This document shows, piece by piece, positions 46,917 to 58,678 of a stretch of DNA of 64,000 bases. The translations under genes were made by a program, and so were the position numbers. The DNA is from Patescibacteria group bacterium UBA7435 (GTDB lineage: Bacteria > Patescibacteriota > Minisyncoccia > Phycocordibacterales > UBA918), in contig DLQJ01000007.1 in NCBI GenBank assembly GCA_002477545.1, positions 19,942 to 83,941 on the forward strand. The letters run 5' to 3'. The notes under the pieces are model-generated. The model ran no database searches. It worked only from the letters and a program-made list of their open reading frames with translations, and was not told the DNA's origin. Each line of letters opens with the position of its first letter. Position 1 is the stretch's first letter.

Positions 46917-49607
46917 TTACTTCCCTTCGTAGAAAAAGAGTTTTCCTAGCTCGATAGTGACCAGAGAAAGAAGACTTGCTCCCACTGCATATCCAATAAG
47001 ATTCCACGGCAGTGGTGTGTACGAAAGAAGGTATTGGAAGAACGGTACGGTAAGTACTACGGCCAACATACATACACTAATCAAGAATGAACCAACAAAG
47101 AAAAGGTTGGTATGTAGCGGGATTTTCCATATCGGTACAGTAAGTGATCTAAATGCGAATGAGATAAACAGTGAGTCCATCGAAATAGCAAGGAACATAA
47201 CACTTCGTAACTCTGCCAATGGCAATTCTAGATATTGTAGATACAAATATAGTGAGATGGTAATAGCACTCAAGACAGTGATAACAAATACCATAAACCA
47301 AACCATATGCTTTGAAAGTAAACCTTCTTCGTGAATATCAAACGGCTTACGCTTCATTGCATTTTTATCTCCCTTCTCGAAAGCAAACGCAACACTCATT
47401 AACCCCTCTTCGATCATATTTGCCCAGAGAATCTGTGCAGGAAGAATTGGTACAGCTGAAGATGTCAGCAATGCGGTGGCAATAAGCGCAACCTCACTCA
47501 AACTCGTTGAAAGTAAGTACCCCACAATCTTCCGAAGGTTTGCGGTAATACGGCGTCCTTCTTCAATAGCAGCATAGATAGTTTCAAAACTATCATTAAC
47601 CAAAACTAAATCAGAGGCTTCCTTGGCAACTTCAGTACCTGAGCCAATTGCAATACCAATGTTCGCACGGCGTAGGGCAGGAGCATCATTTATTCCGTCA
47701 CCAGTCATCGCAACAATCTCACCTTTTTGTTGCAATACAATAGCAATACGCATTTTTTGTTTTGGCAGTATGCGGGCAAAAACACTCACTGTGGTGAGAG
47801 CCTCGATAAGTTCTTCGTCTGAGAGCTGTGCCAAATCATCTCCGGTAAGAGCCACATCATCGGGTCCTGCGATACCTACATGCTGTGCGATAGACAATGC
47901 TGTCTGTGGATTGTCTCCTGTGATAAGTACCACGTTCGCACCTGCCGATTGCACGCCTTCAATAGCATGTTCAACGCCCTCTCGTAATGGATCGTCAATA
48001 ATTAAAACTCCTGCAAACACAAGATCTTCGAGTAGTGTCGGTTCAGTTTCAGGAATATCATCGTACTGAACCTTTTTATACCCAACGGCAATCAAACGCT
48101 TTCCTTCGTGGGTATATTTTGCAATCGCTTGTGAAAGGTGCAATTTTGCTTCATCATGAAATACTTCAATTCCAGACTCATGAACAATTGACGTTGCATG
48201 CTTAATAAGCGTCTCAGGTGAACCATTAACACACAATCGAAAACCATCTACTTCTTCAGATAATCCAGCTGCAAAGCGATTCTCCGAAGTAAACGAAAGA
48301 TAATCAATGCGGTTAGATCGCAAACTTCCCTTTTTCTCATCAATATCTAAAGAAGCCGCAGACTCCAAGATTGCTCGTTCAACTGCCTCTCCTCGTATAA
48401 CACGTTCGTGCGTTGCTACGTCTGTATATGCATCGGCAGCTGATAGGGACACATCAAATAGTTCATATACATCATCGACATTTGAAAAATCTTCTTGATC
48501 AACATATTTATTTTCTTCAAGTAGAACACCAGTTACTGCCATTGTCGCTTGGGTAAGTGTACCGGTCTTATCAGTTAGTACATATGTGGTTGAACCAAGT
48601 GTTTCTGCAGCCAGCAGGTTTCTCACTAGTCCACCGCGAGTAAGCAGTGCCTCCATCCCTACAGCAAGAATAATAGTCACCGCAGCAGGAAGTCCTTCAG
48701 GAATAGCAGCAACTGCAATGGCAATAGACATCAGTAACATGTCATGTAGCGTCTGATCTTGGAAAAGACCAATCACAAAAATAAAGACCACCAGTGCTCC
48801 AATGATGTAGAGCATAATTGCAGAAAGTTTTTTCATTTCCTCCTGCAGTGGTGTTCTCACCTCTTCAACCATATGTACACTCGCTGCCAATACACCCACC
48901 GCAGTATCGTCTCCAAGAGCCACAACAACTCCCTGTGCGTACCCCTCAGACACAAACGTTCCCATCCATGCCATAGAGGAACGTTCAGCAAATGGTGTCC
49001 CCACCGCAACTGCATCAATACTCTTATCTACCGGCATCCACTCCCCCGTAAGAGCTGCTTCGTTTACCGTGAGTTTTTTACACCGAATCAAACGCACATC
49101 TGCTGGTACTTGTGTACCCGCAGTTAAAACCACCACATCACCTATAACAACCTCTACTGCTTCGATTTGATGTTTCCTGCCATTACGAATGACGGTTGCA
49201 GTGCGTACTTGTGACTGTGCAAGCTTCTGGAATGCTCGTGATGCTTTTCCTTCTTGCAATACTCCAACAAAAACAGCAACACATAATGCCAACGCGATAA
49301 CACCAGCATCCACATATTCTCCAAGCGCTATGGTAATAGCAAACGCAAGTACCAGCACGTACACCAGCGGACTTTTAAACTGCCCCGCAAAGCGATCGAC
49401 AAAGGTCTCTTCTTTACTTGGAGTAAAACTATTTGAAGGTCCCTCTTTTTGTCGCTTCCGGACTTCGCTTGTAATCAGACCATCATCAGTAGATCCAACA
49501 ACAGTAAGTACCTCACGAGGATCGTGCGCGTGATACGCATACGACTTTTCCTGTAGCTTCGTGGCATGCACCACGTGTACGTTTGGGTCTTTTGGAGAAC
49601 TCGACAT
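46917..49607 (-). CDS. P-type cation-transporting ATPase (P2A, Ca2+-like)
   Basis: LTGE, IPEGLP, DKTGTLT, TGDN, GDGINDAPAL. Confidence 0.95.
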   Translation of the reverse strand: MSSSPKDPNVHVVHATKLQEKSYAYHAHDPREVLTVVGSTDDGLITSEVRKRQKEGPSNSFTPSKEETFVDRFAGQFKSPLVYVLVLAFAITIALGEYVDAGVIALALCVAVFVGVLQEGKASRAFQKLAQSQVRTATVIRNGRKHQIEAVEVVIGDVVVLTAGTQVPADVRLIRCKKLTVNEAALTGEWMPVDKSIDAVAVGTPFAERSSMAWMGTFVSEGYAQGVVVALGDDTAVGVLAASVHMVEEVRTPLQEEMKKLSAIMLYIIGALVVFIFVIGLFQDQTLHDMLLMSIAIAVAAIPEGLPAAVTIILAVGMEALLTRGGLVRNLLAAETLGSTTYVLTDKTGTLTQATMAVTGVLLEENKYVDQEDFSNVDDVYELFDVSLSAADAYTDVATHERVIRGEAVERAILESAASLDIDEKKGSLRSNRIDYLSFTSENRFAAGLSEEVDGFRLCVNGSPETLIKHATSIVHESGIEVFHDEAKLHLSQAIAKYTHEGKRLIAVGYKKVQYDDIPETEPTLLEDLVFAGVLIIDDPLREGVEHAIEGVQSAGANVVLITGDNPQTALSIAQHVGIAGPDDVALTGDDLAQLSDEELIEALTTVSVFARILPKQKMRIAIVLQQKGEIVAMTGDGINDAPALRRANIGIAIGSGTEVAKEASDLVLVNDSFETIYAAIEEGRRITANLRKIVGYLLSTSLSEVALIATALLTSSAVPILPAQILWANMIEEGLMSVAFAFEKGDKNAMKRKPFDIHEEGLLSKHMVWFMVFVITVLSAITISLYLYLQYLELPLAELRSVMFLAISMDSLFISFAFRSLTVPIWKIPLHTNLFFVGSFLISVCMLAVVLTVPFFQYLLSYTPLPWNLIGYAVGASLLSLVTIELGKLFFYEGK

Positions 49608-49674
49608 AATGGTAGTATAGCAAGACACAACGGTAATTTTCTTACATATCTACAAATTAACGCACAACTAACTT

Positions 49675-50127
49675 ATGACACTACACGAACAAGTAAAATC
49701 TCAGTTAAAGGATGCAATGAAAGCAAAGGACGAAGTACGACTGCGGGTTGTGCGCGGATTAATGACTGCGTTTATGAACGATTTAGTTGCAAACGGCAAA
49801 ACTCCTCAGGATATACTTTCTGACGATGAAGCACTTGCAGTCATTAAGCGTTCTGCAAAACAACGTAAAGAATCAATCACACAATACGAAGCAGCAGATC
49901 GACCTGAACTAGCTGTACCCGAAAAAGAAGAACTTATCGTGCTTGAAGAATATCTTCCGCAGCTGCTCTCGCAGGATGCCATTCGTCCTATCGCAGAAGC
50001 AAAGAAAACTGAGCTCGGTATAGATGACAAAGCAAAGATGGGGATCCTCATTGGTGCAGTTATGAAGGAACTAGGAGGAACTGCAGACGGAGGTGATGTG
50101 AAGGCAGTAGTAGAATCACTTTTTTAA
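49675..50127 (+). CDS. GatB/YqeY domain protein
   Basis: LKDAMKAKD, KQRKESI..YE...R.EL, YLPQ, ADG. Confidence 0.92.
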   Translation: MTLHEQVKSQLKDAMKAKDEVRLRVVRGLMTAFMNDLVANGKTPQDILSDDEALAVIKRSAKQRKESITQYEAADRPELAVPEKEELIVLEEYLPQLLSQDAIRPIAEAKKTELGIDDKAKMGILIGAVMKELGGTADGGDVKAVVESLF

Positions 50128-50128
50128 T

Positions 50129-50395
50129 ATGGGTTCAGAAGCTTTTAACAAAAAACCAAAAGCCGTTAATGAAGCAGTAAAAGCTGCGGATCATGAACGA
50201 CTTTCTGCTATGGGCAAAAAAGGAGCTGAAGTCGCAAACACAAACCGTGATCTAAAAAATGCATCCGAGAAGGCGCGGGAAGAATTGAAACAGATACAGC
50301 GTGAGATTGAAGAACAGGAACGTGCAATGTCAGCAAATGAACACATCATTGATCCAGATGGAAACGATCAGGACTACTCAAAAGAGGCAGACTAA
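50129..50395 (+). CDS. Small hydrophilic protein with KGG-like motif
   Basis: ERLSAMGKKGAE followed by a coiled coil. Confidence 0.6.
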   Translation: MGSEAFNKKPKAVNEAVKAADHERLSAMGKKGAEVANTNRDLKNASEKAREELKQIQREIEEQERAMSANEHIIDPDGNDQDYSKEAD

Positions 50396-50478
50396 AAACT
50401 AAAACTGTACAACGTGCTGTACAGTTTTAGTTTTTATGGTATAAAAGTACTAGCAGAAATAAAGTACAGGACGAAAAA

Positions 50479-50640
50479 ATGCGCATATTCACATACAAGG
50501 GTCGTTCTTTTAAAACAGACGGCTCTAAGGTCATTTACGGATCACACGAAATCAAACCACTTCCATTAGGCCTCGCAGAAGCAGCTAGTTTACCTACTCC
50601 ATGTGAAGTCATTGACATTGGTGACACCCATGATCGATGA
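50479..50640 (+). CDS. Small orphan ORF (53 aa), not in the ORF track
   Basis: AGGA SD; MRIFTYKGRSFKTDG...; overlaps the next ATG. Confidence 0.4.
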   Translation: MRIFTYKGRSFKTDGSKVIYGSHEIKPLPLGLAEAASLPTPCEVIDIGDTHDR

Positions 50641-50983
50641 CCTTGATCGACTGAGAATCGCTTGTAAAATAGTTCAAAAGGAACGACAAAATTCTGAAGT
50701 AATAGAGCTAGAACATACGGTTCCCATTCATGGAATCACTCTTACTAAACTCTTAACAGCGGTAACACAAATAAACGCTGTGTACCACAAGAGAAAAAAA
50801 GAGCGTAAAAAACCTGATTTTGAAGAAATTGTCGAGGATCATGTCCTTCAAATTTTTAAATCAGAGGAAGCGTGTGCTATTGCTAAACACATTTTGTGTC
50901 ATTTCTTTACATGGAGGAGACACAAAGCGTTATCTAAGCGAGCACACACTATTGCATTAGAGATGGAGCTGATACTTCTCTAA
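50630..50983 (+). CDS. Orphan hypothetical protein
   Basis: ATG at 50630 (MIDDLDRL); hairpin at 50994-51018. Confidence 0.5.
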   Translation: MIDDLDRLRIACKIVQKERQNSEVIELEHTVPIHGITLTKLLTAVTQINAVYHKRKKERKKPDFEEIVEDHVLQIFKSEEACAIAKHILCHFFTWRRHKALSKRAHTIALEMELILL

Positions 50984-51078
50984 AAATAATCGAGCTGGGC
51001 AGACATTGCCCAGCTTTTACTTTACTTATCTAATAAATAGCGTTAAATGTAAATAGATGCTGCCGGAAAGGAGGTACT

Positions 51079-51279
51079 TTGTTTCGCATTGATGATGATT
51101 TACTCACTGAAGATGAACGATCGGAATTTCCAATATATTTTCCTAATGCAGGCAAAACATATCGTGAAGCAAAAATTTTTGCAGATCGGTTGTATTCATT
51201 TGGGTTAGTTGGGAAGATTTTTAGAAAAAAACGACATAAACATAAAGTGTACTATCTTGTTTTAGAATTATACGAGTAA
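51079..51279 (+). CDS. Orphan hypothetical protein
   Basis: AAGGAGG SD before TTG; hairpin at ~51303-51330. Confidence 0.55.
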   Translation: MFRIDDDLLTEDERSEFPIYFPNAGKTYREAKIFADRLYSFGLVGKIFRKKRHKHKVYYLVLELYE

Positions 51280-51332
51280 TGTACGCAGCGAGGCACTTGA
51301 GCTCCCGACACAGATTGTGTTGGGGGTTTTAT

Positions 51333-52031
51333 TTATATGTTTTCCAACAAAACAGCCTCTGTAATAGAAAAATCACCAACCTTCGTCCTTCGCAATGCTT
51401 GTAGTGTTGCAGGGTACCCCAGTCTCTTCCCAAGTTCCTCTCCAAGCGAACGAACATACACACCACTTGCCACTGCAAAGCGCACCGTCACCACTAGTCG
51501 AGCTTTACCCGAAACTATGATGTTTGCACTATCTAAAACCTCTGCTTCGTACACCGTCATTTCTCTCACGGGAACATCGGTAATCACTTCCCCTTTCTTT
51601 TCAGCTTCACGGGCTCGTTTGTACATCGGCTTCCCTTCTTTCTTAATTGCACTATAGGCCGAGACAGGGAGCGTTAGCGTTCCAACCATACTCGCAACAA
51701 CATTTTTGATTGTTTCTTCCGAAATTTGGTCAACCTCTTTTTCTGCAACAATTGCTCCTTCGAGATCGCCGGTAGTGCGCTGTTCTCCAATGCGTACCTC
51801 TGCAGTATACTCCTTATCAAGTTTCACTAACTCAGTGAGCTTCTTGGTACCCTTCCCCACACCAAGAATCATTAAGCCAGTAGCTAAGGGATCGAGAGTT
51901 CCTGCATGCCCCACTTTCAAACGACCTTCACCTCCCTCTTCTTTGTGCCGACGACGTAGTGCACGAATAATATCAAAAGACGTCATCTCTAACGGCTTAT
52001 CAATCAGGAGTATTTCGGGTAGTTCTAACAT
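51333..52031 (-). CDS. truB: tRNA pseudouridine(55) synthase
   Basis: IDKP, KVGHAGTLDPLATG, YSAIK, SGVYVRSL, LRRT. Confidence 0.95.
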   Translation of the reverse strand: MLELPEILLIDKPLEMTSFDIIRALRRRHKEEGGEGRLKVGHAGTLDPLATGLMILGVGKGTKKLTELVKLDKEYTAEVRIGEQRTTGDLEGAIVAEKEVDQISEETIKNVVASMVGTLTLPVSAYSAIKKEGKPMYKRAREAEKKGEVITDVPVREMTVYEAEVLDSANIIVSGKARLVVTVRFAVASGVYVRSLGEELGKRLGYPATLQALRRTKVGDFSITEAVLLENI

Positions 52032-52050
52032 CCCGCTAGACTAGCACATC

Positions 52051-53004
52051 CTACAAAAAGTCTACAAGTTTCAGTATAAAGAAGGCGAAGAATAGGAGCA
52101 TCATCATACCTTCCCATCGCATAATCTGGCGGGCCAAGCCATTTACAAAGAAAATAGCAGACGCAGCAAGTAAGATACCCAGACCAAGTTGCATCACAAC
52201 CGCATCAGCAATCAGCGGTGTAATCAATCCAGGAATACCAATCACCACCAGAATGTTAAATGCATTTGATCCAAAAATATTACCGATAGCAAGTTCAGCC
52301 TCTCCTGTTTTAATTGCGTTGATTGATACAAATAATTCAGGTAGCGATGTACCAAGTGCGATTGCACCAATAGAAACTAAACCTAGAGGAACCGACATTA
52401 CCGTTGCAATATTAACCACCATGTCTACCGTGTAGTTTGCACCTACAAGCACCGCAAGAATACCAATGAGAATTAAGGCAATTGATTTTCCCTTCAGATG
52501 TTCATGACGACCCTTCTTCTGCAACTCAACCGAGTCCTCAGTGCGAGCTTCAACAAATAGATACCACATATATGCAGCAAATGTTCCAAGTAGAAGCATC
52601 GCTTCAAGTCGATCCACTGTACCATCGTACACCACAGCAATGAAGTGTGTGGTTGCGATAAAGAAAATTGGAAGTTCAGTCTTAATCAAGTCCCGTTTAA
52701 TTACCACCCTTCCTCCAATAGTCGCAAGGACACCGACCACCAAAAGAATATTGGTAATGTTCGACCCAACTGCGTTAGCAAGTACGATTTCAGTTGATCC
52801 TTCAAGTGCTGCAGCAATTGATGATGCCAGTTCCGGTAATGACGTACCAAACCCTACGATAAGTACCCCGATAGCAAACTTGCTCATTCCCAACGACGCC
52901 CCTACCTGCTTAGCACCAACTACGAACATATCCGCTCCACGCACCAATGCAAAAAGTGCTGCAGCAAGGTATAACGTCCATATGCCAATCTGAATCCATT
53001 CCAT
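52051..53004 (-). CDS. Ca2+/Na+ antiporter (YrbG/CaCA)
   Basis: Two alpha repeats GTSLPEL..GSN. Confidence 0.93.
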   Translation of the reverse strand: MEWIQIGIWTLYLAAALFALVRGADMFVVGAKQVGASLGMSKFAIGVLIVGFGTSLPELASSIAAALEGSTEIVLANAVGSNITNILLVVGVLATIGGRVVIKRDLIKTELPIFFIATTHFIAVVYDGTVDRLEAMLLLGTFAAYMWYLFVEARTEDSVELQKKGRHEHLKGKSIALILIGILAVLVGANYTVDMVVNIATVMSVPLGLVSIGAIALGTSLPELFVSINAIKTGEAELAIGNIFGSNAFNILVVIGIPGLITPLIADAVVMQLGLGILLAASAIFFVNGLARQIMRWEGMMMLLFFAFFILKLVDFL

Positions 53005-53107
53005 ATTGTGCCCATTGTACAGCACTTCTTGTTTTAAACACGCATATACTAAGGATAAATATAAAAACACAGGCAAAGCCTGTGTTTTTATACCCCTCTA
53101 GATAGCG

Positions 53108-54475
53108 CTACTGAAATAGGTACAAAAAGTCTCCGTACCCCTCATTCTCCATGTCTGCCAATGGCACAAATCGTAATGAAGCTGAGTTCATACAGTACCG
53201 GACACCACCAAGTTCAGGTGGAGCATCATTAAATACGTGCCCTAAGTGCGAATCGGCAATTACTGAACGGATTTCGGTTCGCTTCTTAAGCAAGACATAA
53301 TCATCATGTTCAGTAACGAGACTAAATTCGATAGGTCGCGTGAACGAAGGCCATCCTGTACCTGAATCAAATTTATGGGTTGATGAGAACAAAGGTTCAC
53401 CTGAAACGATGTCAACGTAAATACCATCTTCATGATTATCCCAATATTCATTACTAAATGAACGCTCAGTCCCGTTCTTCTGCGTTACTTTGTATTGAAT
53501 AGCGTTTAATGTTTCCTGAAGTGTCGCATCAGTGGGTTTTACAAAGTTACTCCATGTATCAGTACTGCTATTGGTTTGTGCAGTTCGCCACGAAAGTGAA
53601 GCTGATGTATCAGTTGGCCAGTATTTATCAATGAACGCATCACGTCCAGATGCTTTACGGTAAAAACCATACTTCAACTTTGAGAGTGTACCTTTATAGT
53701 AATCTTGATGAAAGTCTTCAGCAGGCCAAAAGGTTGGTCGTTGCATCACATCAACGGCCAATGGTGCGTCGTACGGACCAAACTCATCTATCTCAGCAAT
53801 CAGATCCTCAATAATTTTCTTTTCAGCATCATTCTCGTAGTACAGTGCTGTTGAGTAGTAATCACCTCTATCACCAAACGAACCATCATCGTCAGTAGGA
53901 TCAGTGTGCTTGAGTGTATAAATAAGAATTTCCTCGTAGGTAACAACCATTGGATTAAAAATAACTTCAGCTACTTCTCGGTGACCATTTTTGTTGTAAT
54001 CACTGTATGTTGGATTTTCATTAGTTCCGTCAGCATATCCTGAAACCACCTCTAGTACTCCAGGAAGCTTCTCAAGGTCAGCTTCAACACACCAGAAACA
54101 TCCTCCCGCCACCAGTACGGTGTCTACTGTAATATCATCTGTGTCCACAGAAATATTGGCTGCAATCATACTGTCTCCTTCTGGTTCAGTATTTAATACC
54201 ACCTGAGTGTCACTGGAAACGTCTTCCGTCGCATTCTCAGTTTCCGTTTCGTGTTCATCTTCCATCTGATCATTCTCGTGTTCCATTTCAGCCTCAAGAA
54301 GATCAGAATCAGACATTTGTACACCTTCTTGTTCAGTAAAGGCATCTAAGACCGCGCGTTCAGTAGCATTCTCTTGCTGAGTACCACCACGCATCATATC
54401 GCTTCCCATTAAGAAAGTGACGCCTCCTACACCAATAACCAATACAGCAACGCTTACGAGTACTTTATATTTCAT
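53108..54475 (-). CDS. msrAB: Membrane-anchored bifunctional methionine sulfoxide reductase MsrA/MsrB
   Basis: [38 protein letters not shown]. Confidence 0.95.
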   Translation of the reverse strand: MKYKVLVSVAVLVIGVGGVTFLMGSDMMRGGTQQENATERAVLDAFTEQEGVQMSDSDLLEAEMEHENDQMEDEHETETENATEDVSSDTQVVLNTEPEGDSMIAANISVDTDDITVDTVLVAGGCFWCVEADLEKLPGVLEVVSGYADGTNENPTYSDYNKNGHREVAEVIFNPMVVTYEEILIYTLKHTDPTDDDGSFGDRGDYYSTALYYENDAEKKIIEDLIAEIDEFGPYDAPLAVDVMQRPTFWPAEDFHQDYYKGTLSKLKYGFYRKASGRDAFIDKYWPTDTSASLSWRTAQTNSSTDTWSNFVKPTDATLQETLNAIQYKVTQKNGTERSFSNEYWDNHEDGIYVDIVSGEPLFSSTHKFDSGTGWPSFTRPIEFSLVTEHDDYVLLKKRTEIRSVIADSHLGHVFNDAPPELGGVRYCMNSASLRFVPLADMENEGYGDFLYLFQ

Positions 54476-54490
54476 ACATTAACTATAGCT

Positions 54491-54931
54491 TTATATACCT
54501 TCTACTACGCTTTGTTTTTGAACATCTTTCAATTTTTCAAGACGCACATACGACATCCCGCCCAATTCAATTGCGCGCAATTCTCGTATATGCGTCTGAT
54601 AATCAGGGATTTGTTGGGCAACCAAATTCCAAAATTGCTGACCGTGATTCAATTCTGCTAAATGACACAACTCGTGCACGATGATGTAGTCCTGCAGATG
54701 TTCTGGGAGAAACAGAATTTTATAACTAAAATTTAGATTACCTAGGGACGTACAACTCCCCCAGCATCGTCGTTGGTTACGTATCGAAACGCGGTTGTAT
54801 TGTAGATTATAAAACTGATTCCAATAAAGAAGCTTTGCCTGAATCACTGCGCGAGCAGTTTCTTTATGCATTACATAATGCTTAGTCACACTACTGGCTC
54901 TTTTTCGTTTTCGTTTTACAATCCAATACAT
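54491..54931 (-). CDS. YgjP/DUF45 (M48-like) metallopeptidase-family protein
   Basis: RNQRRCWGSC, YIIVHELCHL..NH...FW. Confidence 0.88.
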   Translation of the reverse strand: MYWIVKRKRKRASSVTKHYVMHKETARAVIQAKLLYWNQFYNLQYNRVSIRNQRRCWGSCTSLGNLNFSYKILFLPEHLQDYIIVHELCHLAELNHGQQFWNLVAQQIPDYQTHIRELRAIELGGMSYVRLEKLKDVQKQSVVEGI

Positions 54932-54981
54932 ACTTGACGACTTATTGTACCAGAGGGTATAACAATACATGGAGGTACATC

Positions 54982-55263
54982 ATGCAAACACAAATTAATG
55001 CCGTCTCGCCTTTTTCCAAAAAGCAAATTAATTTGCCCTTACTTGTCACTCTAGAAATGCGTAGTCAATACTGCAAATTTAGAGTCTATTGGCACAAAAA
55101 AATGAAAGCTTACGTCGCACAATACCAGAATCGTCACAAAACCGAACTGTATGTATCCGATCAGGAGTACCTTGCAATTCTTTCCCATCTTGCTAATGAG
55201 TTTGATGTCCAGATTCTTTTGTTTGTCGTAGAAATAAAAGCTCCACTAAAAGGCACCTCATAG
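54982..55263 (+). CDS. Orphan protein, one copy of an unrecognised repeat domain
   Basis: GGAGG SD; FRVYWHKKMKAYVAQY; terminator at 55247-55272. Confidence 0.6.
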   Translation: MQTQINAVSPFSKKQINLPLLVTLEMRSQYCKFRVYWHKKMKAYVAQYQNRHKTELYVSDQEYLAILSHLANEFDVQILLFVVEIKAPLKGTS

Positions 55264-55350
55264 GTGCCTTTTATATACAAGCAACCTTGATCATCACTCA
55301 AATTAAGCGTATCCTGAAAAAGGAAAAGAAAAAGAAAAGGATGATACATC

Positions 55351-56049
55351 ATGAATGAGGCTGAAATAATCCATATGCTTGGAATGATTGCGAGCAATAC
55401 GCCAACCACACGCACGTTCTTAACAACTATCGTATCTCAAGAAATCAAATACAGTTTTATCGTAAAGTATTGCAGGGGTTCAGGAACTTTTGTTGCAGAA
55501 TTCTCAGGTGATGCACTCAGGGAATCACTTACTCTATTCTACGAAGAGTACGACGAACTTAAGCGTGTAATCCAGCACAACTACGGGATTGGCATAATAA
55601 CCAATGTTTCGTTTTTGGTTGAGGTCAATATATATAACGAAAAATATCTCTTTAATGTATATTGGCATCCACCTCTTGTTGCAATGATCGCATCTTACTC
55701 AGATGGAGCTAAGAACTCATTGATTACTGATCAAGATACCTCAGTAGAAATAGTGAAAATTCTACAAGACCTTTATTACATTGAAGCAATAGAATATGTA
55801 TATGATGCTCACGAAATAACTGAGTTTGAAAAACCGCTCACTTTAGGGTTTGGGTGGCATAAAGATAGCAACACTTTTGTGGCAATGTATATTGGAGAAA
55901 AAAAGAAGCTTTTACTTTCAAAAGAAAACTTCGATGATCTTTCTCAATTCCTTAAAAAGAAATACAATATCCAACGGCTCAAAAACATTTATTGTACTCA
56001 GGGTCACGAGGCCCTAAAGAAGGTACTTGTCATGACTAAAGTTTTGTAA
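55351..56049 (+). CDS. Orphan protein, three copies of the same repeat domain
   Basis: AAAGGA SD; FNVYWH..MIASY, FGWHK..FVAMY; terminator at 56060-56090. Confidence 0.65.
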   Translation: MNEAEIIHMLGMIASNTPTTRTFLTTIVSQEIKYSFIVKYCRGSGTFVAEFSGDALRESLTLFYEEYDELKRVIQHNYGIGIITNVSFLVEVNIYNEKYLFNVYWHPPLVAMIASYSDGAKNSLITDQDTSVEIVKILQDLYYIEAIEYVYDAHEITEFEKPLTLGFGWHKDSNTFVAMYIGEKKKLLLSKENFDDLSQFLKKKYNIQRLKNIYCTQGHEALKKVLVMTKVL

Positions 56050-56104
56050 TTCACAAAACAAAAAGCAGCGCTCATGAGCGCTGCTTTTTTATTATTTCTT
56101 AGTT

Positions 56105-57523
56105 TTACACATCCAAATCAAGTTCCTTCTCTACATCATCTTCGTTAAGATTAAGCGAATCAGCAATTTCTTCGATGATATCGTCCTCGTCTTCGTCTTC
56201 GTCAAATGTAAACTTCACGTCCACATCAGATTCAAAATACACACGAACTAGGAATGTTGAACCATTAAGTGAGGTAGTTATCTTATCAAGATCCCCATAA
56301 TCAAATTCAACAAGATCTTCAATATCATCTTCGTCCATATCTAATTCATCTGCAATTTCCTCGATAATATCTTCTTCGTCTTCGTCTTCAACAGTGAATT
56401 TTTCATCATCGCCATTGTCATATTCAACTTTCACTCTTGCTTCACCTTCTTTAATGTCTACTTCAATGACATCAATGTCGTCTGAATTGTTGCCACCACC
56501 TCCAATCTCATCAACAGCTTCCTCAGCGAGATCTTCAGCCTCTTCGGCTAATTCTACAGCTTCGTCATATTCTTCGTCATCTAAAGCATCACGTGCCTCA
56601 TTGTATAACTCGCGCGCTTCGTCGTAGAGTTCATCTGCATCGTCAATATCGTCACCATCATCATCTGCTTCCTTAATTTCATCTCGTGCCTTATCGATTG
56701 CTTTATCAGCATCTTCAATTGCATCTTCAGCATCGTTTTCATCTGAATTGTTACTTGATTTTTTTGAATCAAAATCTAAGTCATCTTCATCAATAAGTGA
56801 TCGAACTTCAGATTCTGATGCTCCAAGTTTCTTCGCAATCAATTCAATAAGGTCATCTCCATCCTCAGGGTACAAGATGATATCACGGTTACGTGTACCA
56901 TTTGTCTGGTAACTTCGCACAATATACTCGTCATCGTCATTAGACAACGTAATTGATCGCACTACATTTGATGAAGATATCACTGGTGTAGTTACCGGAG
57001 TCTGGGTTGTAGATGCTCCTGCAACAACTGGTGCGGGTACTGACTTCTTGAGTACGTCTTCTGGATAATTTCCAGCTGGATATGCCGCGAAGAACACCTC
57101 GAGCAATGCTCGAGTCGATGGTCCAACTACCCCTACAGGATCAAGGTTAAAGCGTGACTGAAAGAGTTTAATAGCTTCTTGTGTCTTTGGCCCAAAAAAT
57201 CCAGAAGATACTCCATATGGATAGATATCACTATCAGTCGCCAAAAGTGTCTGTATTTTTTTAATATCATCATTAGTGGAACCGTAGGCAAGATCAGTAC
57301 CAAGCGTACTCCCCGCCTGTGATCCCTGTACTGCAGGAGTTGGTGTTGTTACTGATGTTGAAGAAACTAACGCAACTAATTCAGCCCGAAGTGACTGCAT
57401 TTCCGCAATAATTTGATCAATGCGCTCTAAAGCACCTGATACGTCTTGTGCATTTGCTGTATGTGTCGCAAAGGAAAAACCAAGCATCGCAACCATAAAG
57501 AAAGAAAATAACTGTTTGAACAT
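56105..57523 (-). CDS. Secreted peptidoglycan-binding protein with acidic C-terminal repeats
   Basis: Signal peptide; PG_binding_1-like IQTLL..GFFGPKTQEAIKLFQ; D/E-rich tail. Confidence 0.8.
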   Translation of the reverse strand: MFKQLFSFFMVAMLGFSFATHTANAQDVSGALERIDQIIAEMQSLRAELVALVSSTSVTTPTPAVQGSQAGSTLGTDLAYGSTNDDIKKIQTLLATDSDIYPYGVSSGFFGPKTQEAIKLFQSRFNLDPVGVVGPSTRALLEVFFAAYPAGNYPEDVLKKSVPAPVVAGASTTQTPVTTPVISSSNVVRSITLSNDDDEYIVRSYQTNGTRNRDIILYPEDGDDLIELIAKKLGASESEVRSLIDEDDLDFDSKKSSNNSDENDAEDAIEDADKAIDKARDEIKEADDDGDDIDDADELYDEARELYNEARDALDDEEYDEAVELAEEAEDLAEEAVDEIGGGGNNSDDIDVIEVDIKEGEARVKVEYDNGDDEKFTVEDEDEEDIIEEIADELDMDEDDIEDLVEFDYGDLDKITTSLNGSTFLVRVYFESDVDVKFTFDEDEDEDDIIEEIADSLNLNEDDVEKELDLDV

Positions 57524-57649
57524 ACCCAAAGATTTAAATAATAGTACCTTTATTATACCTTGGCTGACACAGCCAGCAAATGCACTCGTACACATACCCA
57601 AAAGGCAGCCATATGTGGCTGCCTTTTGGGTTGCGACTTGATTTAGTTT

Positions 57650-58570
<921 letters not shown>

Positions 58571-58678
58571 ATGTAAACTATAATATTAACAATAATATAA
58601 GCGGTGCATCCAAAGTCACACAACATAAACATTGTGTACCTCCTCTTCAATAGTGAAGACGAAGGATCTTGGTCCCTC

